Part shown: one piece after another, positions 1 to 7,233 of the stretch
Position numbering within the stretch: position 1 is the first letter of the stretch
Layout: each line of letters opens with the position of its first letter
From: Thermoanaerobaculia bacterium
GTDB taxonomy: Bacteria; Acidobacteriota; Thermoanaerobaculia; UBA5066
NCBI GenBank assembly: GCA_963816185.1
Contig: CAWFJJ010000026.1
Coordinates: 1-14,831 of the forward strand
Reading direction: 5' to 3'
DNA length: 14,831 nt
Notes under the pieces: model-generated
Databases searched by the model: none
The model's input: the letters and a program-made list of their open reading frames with translations, nothing else
Told to the model about the DNA's origin: nothing
Translations under genes and position numbers: made by a program

Positions 1-1136
1 GCGTGGCCCAGCCGTGGGCGGGTAAGCGCTGGGGGAGCTTCTTCTGGCCCCGTATCGGAAACGAGGTCGTGGTGACTTTCGAGGAGGGCGATCCGGACCG
101 GCCGCTGATCGTCGGAAGCGTCTACAACTTCGACAACATGCCGCCGTTTATCCTGCCTCTGAAGAAACAATATGCCGGCGTCAAATCGGCGAGCGTACGG
201 GGGCTGGCCCACGAGAACTTCAACGGCTTCGTATTCGTCGACGAGAAGGGGCGCGAGCACCTGGAAATGCACTCCGAGCGGAACATGACCTTCAACACGG
301 AATTCGACAAGTCGTTCGCGGCCGGCCGCCACAAGGGCGAACGCGTCGCGAGCGCTTCGGTGCTCACGGTCGGTAACATCCTGCCTGGGGGCGGCGGCAG
401 CGGAGGCGGCCCCTGGGGGAAGCCGACTCCGCAAGGGATCGGCGGCCTCAACTCGATGATGGTGTACGGCGAGAACCTGCAGTTCGCCACCGGCCTCAAC
501 CACCAACTCGCCCTCGGCAGCAACGTGCAGGTTTGCATCAACCCCGCCGGCCTGGCCGCGGGCGTCCCAGGCTTCGTCGCTCCGCCAGAGGTGTCAGGTC
601 TCTTGGGAAGCGGCCTCGGTGGCAACATGCAATTCACCATCGGCACGAGCGCGAGCTTCGTGCTCGGTCGATCCTTCGACATCAACCTCGGGCCTCCGAA
701 GATCGAGGTCACGGGCGCCGACCTTGCGAGCAAACACGTCGCGACCTACATTCTGTGCGGCATTCTGGGCGGCCTGGCGCTTGTCTGGGTCCTTTTTTAC
801 GCGGGCCTCGATGAAGACAATCAGCGCGCGGCCGAGACGCTCACCTTTCAGATCATATTCGATCTTCTGCTGGCGGCGATCATGATCGTCGAAGTGACTC
901 TCGCCAAAGCGGATGCGGCGACCAACATGAGTGCGACAGGCCCGTATAAGAATAAACCGAAAGAGTTGGCAGACGCGGCAGACAGATACAAAAAAATGTT
1001 TGGTGGAGACGCCGGAACAACGCTCGGAGATTGGGCCCAAATTCTGGGCGTGATCGGGGCATGGCTCGCCGCGCTCCCTCTTCCGCTCGTGGCGATCGCC
1101 GCGGAGGAGACCTCTGGCTTTGACAAGAAAGAATGA
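1..1136 (+). CDS. vgrG: VgrG/TssI spike protein, 5'-truncated by the window edge, with a C-terminal hydrophobic (three-helix) extension
   Basis: Reading frame begins at base 3 inside the gp5 OB-fold motif VAQPWAGKRWGSFFWPRIGNEVVVTFEEGDPDRPLIVGSVYN, followed by NFNGFVFVDEKGREHLEMHSERNM (matches the NE.RF.D.KG.EQ..IHA motif of VgrG). Stop TGA 1134-1136. The GTG at 3 is internal, not a real start. Confidence 0.93.
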   Translation, partial: VAQPWAGKRWGSFFWPRIGNEVVVTFEEGDPDRPLIVGSVYNFDNMPPFILPLKKQYAGVKSASVRGLAHENFNGFVFVDEKGREHLEMHSERNMTFNTEFDKSFAAGRHKGERVASASVLTVGNILPGGGGSGGGPWGKPTPQGIGGLNSMMVYGENLQFATGLNHQLALGSNVQVCINPAGLAAGVPGFVAPPEVSGLLGSGLGGNMQFTIGTSASFVLGRSFDINLGPPKIEVTGADLASKHVATYILCGILGGLALVWVLFYAGLDEDNQRAAETLTFQIIFDLLLAAIMIVEVTLAKADAATNMSATGPYKNKPKELADAADRYKKMFGGDAGTTLGDWAQILGVIGAWLAALPLPLVAIAAEETSGFDKKE

Positions 1137-1150
1137 CAGGAGATCACCTC

Positions 1151-1756
1151 ATGCGTTCAGACAGCAGCGAGAATCCCGGTGGCGGCACGGGGGGTGGCCC
1201 GGAGCCGGGTGACCACAACCAAGCCTTCGAGGGTCACTATGGGATCGCGGCGAACCAGGTCGAGCTCGTGGCTCGACCGCCATTGCCGCCTGCCGTTCCC
1301 GGACAGAGTGTCATCAGCATCCTGGCCGCGGGGCTGGGTATCGACGGTCTGGTCGAGATCCGCGGAAGCCAGGGGGTTCGCGTCACGGCCGGGCCGCCGC
1401 CGCTCCTTCCCGCCTCTTCGGACACCACAAATGGCGTCGAGATCCTCACGAGCGAGACGGGGACGCTGACCCTCCAGCGGGGCCTCCTGCCGATCGATCA
1501 GAAGATGGAAATGACGCCGGGAGGGATCACCATCGATGCCGGCGCAGGAAAAGTGACCATCAAGAGCCTCACGCAGATCGAGCTCTCTGTGGCCGAAGGG
1601 CTGGCGAAGCTCACGCTCGGACCCGACGGCGTCACGATTTCGGCTTTGCAGATCAACCTCTCGGCGGAGATAGTTTTGCAACTCCAAGGTGTCATTGCGC
1701 AGCTCACCGGGGAGGCGATGACCCAGATCGGCGGCGGCATCACGATGATCGGGTGA
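1151..1756 (+). CDS. Hypothetical beta-strand-rich protein resembling a detached VgrG/gp5 C-terminal spike tip
   Basis: AGGAG at 1138-1142 precedes ATG 1151; the alternative ATG 1133 overlaps the upstream stop (ATGA). The C-terminal half (GKVTIKSLTQIELSVAEGLAKLTLGPDGVTISALQINLSA...MTQIGGGITMIG) has the short-strand/Gly-turn pattern and terminal motif typical of VgrG C-termini. Confidence 0.7.
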   Translation: MRSDSSENPGGGTGGGPEPGDHNQAFEGHYGIAANQVELVARPPLPPAVPGQSVISILAAGLGIDGLVEIRGSQGVRVTAGPPPLLPASSDTTNGVEILTSETGTLTLQRGLLPIDQKMEMTPGGITIDAGAGKVTIKSLTQIELSVAEGLAKLTLGPDGVTISALQINLSAEIVLQLQGVIAQLTGEAMTQIGGGITMIG

Positions 1757-1762
1757 CAGGCG

Positions 1763-2413
1763 ATGGTGCAGGCTACATTGGCGAAGGTTAAGGCCACGAT
1801 TGCAGTCGAGGTCTGTAAGAACTTCAACCTCAAAGAGGAGGCCCGGCCCTTGCTTCGCGACAGGCAGTCACCTCGCGAGTTTCTGGAGGCCCTCCTCGCG
1901 AACAAGAAGTACGCGCCGGCAGTCGATTTTCTGGCTCACGCGCTGCCGCCCCGCGAGGCGATCTGGTGGGGTTGCCTTTGCGTGCAGAAGGTCATCGGTT
2001 CGAAGCTCTCCCCCGCCGAGGCGGCCGCGTGCAAGGCGGCAGTGGCCTGGGTGCTCGACCCTACGGAGGAGAACCGACAGGCGGCGAAGGCTCCAGCCGA
2101 AGCAGCGAAGCTGAGCACGCCTGCGGGAGGTCTCGCCATGGCTGCGACCTGGACCGGCGGCAGCCTCGCGCCCCCCATGAGCAATTCCAACCCGAAGGTC
2201 CCTCCGCCTCCGCCCGTGCCGCCCGGCCCCTTCGTCCCGGCCAAAGTGGTCGCGGGCGCCATCCTGCTCGCGTCGGTCAAAGGGGATCCGGCCCGGATCG
2301 CAGACACCCAGCGTTCGTTCGTGGAGCTGGGAATCGGCGTGGCGGAAGGACGCTTCGTCTGGCCGGACGTACCGAAGAGAAGAACCTCCGGTTCCTGGTC
2401 CAAGGTGTCCTGA
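1763..2413 (+). CDS. DUF6931-like protein (T6SS vgrG/PAAR-associated)
   Basis: Motifs AVDFLAHALPPREAIWWGCLC, AAVAWVLDPTEENRQAA and AMAATWTGGSLAP recalled for DUF6931; position between a VgrG-type tip and a PAAR gene fits. Confidence 0.8.
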   Translation: MVQATLAKVKATIAVEVCKNFNLKEEARPLLRDRQSPREFLEALLANKKYAPAVDFLAHALPPREAIWWGCLCVQKVIGSKLSPAEAAACKAAVAWVLDPTEENRQAAKAPAEAAKLSTPAGGLAMAATWTGGSLAPPMSNSNPKVPPPPPVPPGPFVPAKVVAGAILLASVKGDPARIADTQRSFVELGIGVAEGRFVWPDVPKRRTSGSWSKVS

Positions 2414-2424
2414 AGGAGTCGGCT

Positions 2425-2715
2425 ATGCCTCAACCCGCCGCGCGCCTCACCGACATGCACGTCTGCCCGATGATCACCGTCCTGGTGCCGCACGTGGGCG
2501 GGCCCATCGTTGCGCCCGGCTGTCCGAATGTCCTCATCGGTGGCATGCCCGCCGCGTGCCTGGGCGACGTGGCCGTCTGTGTCGGGCCGCCGGACGTCGT
2601 CGTCCTGGGAGCGTTCACGGTTCTGATCGGAGGCCGGCCGGCGGCGCGCATGGGCGACCTGACGGCTCATGGCGGGGTCATCGTTCTCGGGTGCTTCAAC
2701 GTGTTGCTGGGATGA
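2425..2715 (+). CDS. PAAR domain spike-tip protein (96 aa)
   Basis: AAGGAG at 2413-2418, ATG 2425. MPQPAARLTDMHVCP...PHVGGPI...VLIGGMPAACLGD...VLIGGRPAARMGDLTAHGG: three PAAR-type motifs with His/Cys candidate Zn ligands. It is the C-terminal part of the 1966..2715 ORF in the track. Confidence 0.95.
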   Translation: MPQPAARLTDMHVCPMITVLVPHVGGPIVAPGCPNVLIGGMPAACLGDVAVCVGPPDVVVLGAFTVLIGGRPAARMGDLTAHGGVIVLGCFNVLLG

Positions 2716-2731
2716 TGGAGGGGTGCCCGGT

Positions 2732-3790
2732 ATGAGCGCAGCAGAAGGGTCGACGATCCCCTACGAGAAACAGGAGGACCTGCATACCAACCGGATGTGC
2801 GGGGCCGCCGCCCTGAGCATGGTGTACGGCTCCTTCGGCAAGCACATCCCGCAGGCGGAGATCTGGCCGCGGATCTCGAAGCACAATCGTTTCGGCAGCC
2901 TCGCCTCCACGACCTATCTGATGGCCCAGGATGCCCTCAGCCGGGGCTTTTCGACTCTCGCCATTCAAGCCAAGCACCCGTTGCAGGTACTGCGCCTCTG
3001 TCGGGAGAGCGGCATTCGGGCGATCCTGAACCACCGGCTGAAAACCGATTCGGAAGCGGGACACTACACAGTGCTCGTGGACATGGATGCGGACAGCGTG
3101 GTTTTGCACGATCCGTTCCTCGGCCCGTCTCGCCGGCTTGCGCACGGGGACCTCCTCGAGCTCTGGCTGCCTCGTCACGCGAACACGGAGATCACGGGCA
3201 ACGTGCTCATCGCTGTTGCTGCCCAGCCGGCCACCGTGGCTCCCTGCAAACTGTGCGGCACCGTGATTCCGCCAACGGCCGCCTGTCCAGGGTGCGGAAA
3301 GCCTGTCTCCTTGCAGCCCGCCTCGATCCTCGGCTGCACCGGCGACACCTGTCCCGCCCGGATGTGGAACTACATCTGCTGCCCGTTCTGCAACACCACC
3401 TGGAACTTGAGCGCGGAGCGCCAGGAGTCGCAGGCGGCGTCGGGATCCGCGCCGAGCGCCGCGGCGTGGGGTCTGGACCTCGGTACGCTTTTCGCCGAGC
3501 TGGACAAGTACTGTAACCACATCCTGAGCTTCCCTGCAGCGGCAGCAAACCCGGACATCCGGCAACAGCTCGACTTCATCAGTGCCAGCAAGGACCGACT
3601 AAGCCTGGCGCAGTCCGAAGAGCTTGCCCGCCGTAAGATCGACCAGGCGGAGGCCGAGCAGCGCGAGCAAAAATTCAAGCAGGATGAGGAGGCCCTTCTG
3701 AAGAAAAAAGAAGAGATCAATAAGCCGTCCCCGCCCGCGGACGGGAACGCGCTCGGGCAGTCTCTTTTGAAAGATCTCGGGCTGACTTGA
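2732..3790 (+). CDS. C39-like (papain-fold) cysteine peptidase with Cys-rich putative Zn-binding region and charged helical tail
   Basis: GGAGG at 2717-2721, ATG 2732 (the 2669 start would overlap the PAAR gene). IPYEKQ...MCGAAALSMV (Gln, Cys 2798), GHYTVLV (His 3062), VLHDPFLG (Asp 3110) match the C39 catalytic pattern; CKLC, CPGC, CTGDTC, CCPFC follow. Confidence 0.85.
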   Translation: MSAAEGSTIPYEKQEDLHTNRMCGAAALSMVYGSFGKHIPQAEIWPRISKHNRFGSLASTTYLMAQDALSRGFSTLAIQAKHPLQVLRLCRESGIRAILNHRLKTDSEAGHYTVLVDMDADSVVLHDPFLGPSRRLAHGDLLELWLPRHANTEITGNVLIAVAAQPATVAPCKLCGTVIPPTAACPGCGKPVSLQPASILGCTGDTCPARMWNYICCPFCNTTWNLSAERQESQAASGSAPSAAAWGLDLGTLFAELDKYCNHILSFPAAAANPDIRQQLDFISASKDRLSLAQSEELARRKIDQAEAEQREQKFKQDEEALLKKKEEINKPSPPADGNALGQSLLKDLGLT

Positions 3791-3847
3791 CGTTGAATCG
3801 ATCTTGATGCGTCCTCGACCAGTTTCGACGAGAATAGCTCGGCCATC

Positions 3848-5347
3848 CCCGTTCGAGAGGTGCTGATTGGCGCAATACACGCAAACCGGCCGTCGCCTCA
3901 AGGTCACGACGCCTTTGGGCGCAGACGTTCTGCTCCTGACCGGCTTCTCGGGACACGAAGCCATCTCCCGGCCCTTCCTTTTTCAGCTCGAGTGCGTCGC
4001 CACGAACGAGAACGCGAAGAAGGTCGTCTTCGACGCTCTCCTGGGCAAGAAGATCACCGTCGAGATCGCCCTGCCGGGAGGCGCCAAGCGGCATATCAAC
4101 GGATCGTGTCTGAGAGTCGCGCAGGGCGTACGGGACGCCACGTTCACACGATACGTGCTCGACCTCGTCCCGGAGCCTTCCCTCCTGGCCCGCAAAACGC
4201 AGAGCCGGATCTTTCAGCACGTATCGGTCCCCGACATCCTGAAGACGGTACTTCCCGCCCCCCCGCTCGACATCGCCTGGGAGATCCAGGGGCCATTCGA
4301 ACCGCGCGACTATTGCGTGCAGTATCGCGAGTCCGACTTCGCGTTCGCGAGCCGCCTGATGGAGGAAGAGGGAATCTATTACTTCTTCAAGCACAGCGAC
4401 GGCAGCCACAAGATGGTCGTCGCGAACGATCCGGGGAGCCATTCGGATCTTCCGGTCAAGAGCAACCTGATCTTCGAGGCCGTCGTAGGGGGAACCCGCG
4501 AGGAGGACCGCGTCAACGCCTGGGAGAAGGCGCAGGAGCTGCGCTCGAGCAAGGTGACGCTCTGGGACCACTGCTTCGAGCTGCCCCACAAGCACCTGGA
4601 GGTCCAGCCCTCGCCCGAGATCCAGGCCTCGGTCGCAGCCGGGAAGTCGGTCCACAAGCTGAAGCTCGATGCGAACAAGGAACTCGAGCTTTACGACTAC
4701 CCCGGCGCCTACGCGCAGCGTTTCGACGGGATCAACAAGGGAGGTGGCGAGCAGCCGGCGGAGATCAAGAAGATCTTTCAGGACAACAAACGGACCGCCG
4801 ATCTACGCATGCAGGAGCAGGCAGCCGCCAGCCTCCTCGTGCATGCCGCGAGCAACTGCCGCCAGATCGTCTCGGGCCATAAGCTGACGCTCGAGCGCCA
4901 TTACGACGGAGACGGCCCGTGGGTCGTCTACGAGGTCGGCCACACCGCGTCCGAGGCCGCCGACCTGCGGTCCGGCGAAGGCGGGTTCACCTATCAGAAC
5001 CACTTCACCTGCTTTCCGGTCGCTCTGCCCTTCCGCCCGCCTCGCCTGACGCCGGTTCCGACGGTCAGGGGAACACAGACCGCCGTCGTCGTGGGGCCAC
5101 CAGGCGAGGAGATCTTCACGGACAAGTATGGCCGAATCAAGGTGCAGTTTCATTGGGACCGAGAAGGCGAGTACAACTCCGACAGCTCGTGCTGGATCCG
5201 GGTCGCGACGCCCTGGGCCGGCCACCGCTGGGGCGCGATTCACATTCCCCGCATTGGCCAGGAGGTCGTCGTCGACTTCCTCGAAGGAGACATGGACCGG
5301 CCGATCGTCATCGGCGGCCTCTACAACGCAGACTGCATGCCGCCGTA
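3848..5347 (+). repeat. Paralogous vgrG 5' region, copy 1 (copy 2 at about 7847-9336)
   Basis: Collinear similarity from the SD region to the CMPPY codons; for example 4326-4397 and 8317-8388 are 72 nt with one mismatch. Confidence 0.85.
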
Positions 5348-6551
5348 CGAATTGCCGAAGTACCAGACCTACTCCACCATGAAGTCGCGATCGACGAAAG
5401 ATGGCGGCAACCTGGACTTCAACGAGTTCCGCTACGTCGACACGAAGGGCAAAGAGCAGGTGTTCATCCACTCGCAAAAACGGATGGACATACGCGTCAA
5501 GCAGAATATGTATGACACGATCGGCGGCTCGCGCAATACCTGCATCGGTGGCGAGTACGCCGTGACCGTCGGCGGAAGCCACGATCTGCATGTCAAGGGC
5601 GACGTCTTCTTTCGCGGAGACGGAAAAATCGAGGCCTCGACCGGGGGCGCCGTCAGCGTGAACGTCGGCGGCGCATCCAAGTACTACGCAAAGGCCTCAA
5701 ACGAAATCAACGCTCTCTCCACCACGATAGAGTCCATGAAATCCGTCGTCCTCAAGTGCGGCAGCAGCTTCGTCGAGGTGTCCCCGATGGGCGTGACCAT
5801 TCAGGGGCCGCTGGTTCGAATCAACCCGGGCGGTGCGGCGGCGGGGACAGCGGCCTTCGACACGGACGATCCCCTGGACTGCGCGGGGGCCGATACCGGC
5901 GAGCCCGGCTATCTGGATCGTCCGTACCACGGCGGAGGCGGAGGACGCAAGAAGCGGCACTGCGCCGGCTATCACGCCCGCGATGTCACGTACAATCCGA
6001 CCACAAATACTTTCAATTACGGCGGCTCCGGAATCGCCGTGACCGGCAGCCCGGACTTTGCGGACAAGACATTGCAGACTCTCGCTGGCCTCGACGCCAC
6101 GCCGACCGGTCACCAGCTCATCGACAATCTCCAGTCGAACGGACATACGGCCACCATCAAGGAAGCGACTCCCGCGGAGGCGGCTGCCAACGGCGGAGGC
6201 GTCACGACCGGAGTCCAACCGGCGATGTCGAACGGCACCGGATCGGACAGCACGGTCGCGTGGGCTCCGGGAACGAACGCGCAGTACACGGACGAGAACG
6301 GCGTCAACCACACGCAGCCCGACGAAGCGCTGCTCGGCCACGAACTCAACCACGCCGACCACAACGGTCGCGGCGCGAGCTTGAACGGCACCCCCGATCC
6401 GGCGGATGCGACGGGAAACCAGGAGGAGTCCCAGACCATCGGAATCAACGATCACAAGAACGATGCCGTCACCGAGAACAACATCCTGAAAGACATGGGG
6501 GAGGATTGGAGACGGACGGACCATGACAGCAACGCGCACACGAGGCCATGA
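3867..6551 (+). CDS. vgrG: Evolved VgrG with C-terminal HExxH zinc metallopeptidase (M91/NleD-like) effector domain
   Basis: GAGG at 3857-3860, TTG start. Complete VgrG motifs (EAISRPF, SRIFQ, YCVQYRESDFAFASRLMEEEGIYYFF, GTQTAVVVGP, EEIFTDKYGRIKVQFHWDR, PRIGQEVVVDFLEGD). The spike ends near GVTIQGPLVRIN; the extension carries TPTGHQLIDNL, LLGHELNHADH (6339-6353), QEESQTIG and VTENNIL. Confidence 0.95.
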   Translation: MAQYTQTGRRLKVTTPLGADVLLLTGFSGHEAISRPFLFQLECVATNENAKKVVFDALLGKKITVEIALPGGAKRHINGSCLRVAQGVRDATFTRYVLDLVPEPSLLARKTQSRIFQHVSVPDILKTVLPAPPLDIAWEIQGPFEPRDYCVQYRESDFAFASRLMEEEGIYYFFKHSDGSHKMVVANDPGSHSDLPVKSNLIFEAVVGGTREEDRVNAWEKAQELRSSKVTLWDHCFELPHKHLEVQPSPEIQASVAAGKSVHKLKLDANKELELYDYPGAYAQRFDGINKGGGEQPAEIKKIFQDNKRTADLRMQEQAAASLLVHAASNCRQIVSGHKLTLERHYDGDGPWVVYEVGHTASEAADLRSGEGGFTYQNHFTCFPVALPFRPPRLTPVPTVRGTQTAVVVGPPGEEIFTDKYGRIKVQFHWDREGEYNSDSSCWIRVATPWAGHRWGAIHIPRIGQEVVVDFLEGDMDRPIVIGGLYNADCMPPYELPKYQTYSTMKSRSTKDGGNLDFNEFRYVDTKGKEQVFIHSQKRMDIRVKQNMYDTIGGSRNTCIGGEYAVTVGGSHDLHVKGDVFFRGDGKIEASTGGAVSVNVGGASKYYAKASNEINALSTTIESMKSVVLKCGSSFVEVSPMGVTIQGPLVRINPGGAAAGTAAFDTDDPLDCAGADTGEPGYLDRPYHGGGGGRKKRHCAGYHARDVTYNPTTNTFNYGGSGIAVTGSPDFADKTLQTLAGLDATPTGHQLIDNLQSNGHTATIKEATPAEAAANGGGVTTGVQPAMSNGTGSDSTVAWAPGTNAQYTDENGVNHTQPDEALLGHELNHADHNGRGASLNGTPDPADATGNQEESQTIGINDHKNDAVTENNILKDMGEDWRRTDHDSNAHTRP

Positions 6552-7224
6552 GCGGGCAGCACGCTTTCTCGCCGTCTGCCTGCCGATCTTGTGCGGCCCC
6601 TTTTGGGGGAGGGAGATGAACGTTATGGCTGAAACGTCCACGAGAGCCGTGGAGATGCAGGTTTCGGAAAAGCGCCGGGACGCGACGTCGCTCCAGCTCG
6701 AATATCGCGTCGCGAACGGCACCGCGGAGCCGATCTATCTATTGGACCGCCCGTCCCAAGACGTTCACGGCGGCGGAATGGTGATCGTCGAGAATTTCGC
6801 CAGCGTTCTGTTCGCCGCACCCGACGCCGTTCGGATCGTACGTGGCATCTTGCCGCTCCCGCTCGATCGCAACGTCGCGAGGCGTGCGCCGACTTTTCTC
6901 ACCAAGGTCGAGGCCGGTCAAGCGGCAGTCCGCTCCCTGCAGATCGCTCTGCCTCTGGTCGAGCGGCGCTCCTATTTCAGCGACGATGAAAAGCCGACCG
7001 GAGTGAAAAAACTGGTCTCCAAGGTGCGGTTCGAGCTCGCTTACACGGAGCTACGGCCGGGAATGAAGATCGGCCAACGGACCCTTGCCTCGGGGCCCGA
7101 GGCGCTTCTCGAAGGACGCTGGGAACGTCCCTATCAGCGCGTCCTCACCTTCACCTTCACCATTGCTCCGACCGAGGTCATGCTGCACAGCGATCCCTTC
7201 GAACGGGCCTCGCTGATCCAATAG
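6523..7224 (+). CDS. Hypothetical protein, candidate immunity protein for the VgrG-fused metallopeptidase
   Basis: Fills the gap between vgrG and the PAAR gene. Start uncertain: ATG 6523 (overlaps vgrG 3' end, adds a basic+hydrophobic leader) or ATG 6625 (after GGAGGGAG at 6608-6615). Immunity role is inferred from position only. Confidence 0.7.
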   Translation: MTATRTRGHERAARFLAVCLPILCGPFWGREMNVMAETSTRAVEMQVSEKRRDATSLQLEYRVANGTAEPIYLLDRPSQDVHGGGMVIVENFASVLFAAPDAVRIVRGILPLPLDRNVARRAPTFLTKVEAGQAAVRSLQIALPLVERRSYFSDDEKPTGVKKLVSKVRFELAYTELRPGMKIGQRTLASGPEALLEGRWERPYQRVLTFTFTIAPTEVMLHSDPFERASLIQ

Positions 7225-7233
7225 GAGACGGCG

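Noticed and set aside
990-1136. Programmed -1 frameshift at the A7 run (990-996) fusing VgrG1 to the tip protein
   Set aside because: The -1 frame has a TGA at 1121-1123, no slippery heptamer lies in 1124-1133, and the tip gene has its own SD.
1966-2424. N-terminal extension of the PAAR ORF as given in the track
   Set aside because: Overlaps the DUF6931-like gene; the SD and ATG at 2425 give a complete PAAR.
3791-3866. Terminator or promoter in the intergenic gap before vgrG2
   Set aside because: Only short imperfect palindromes; no stem with a U-tract and no convincing -35/-10 pair.
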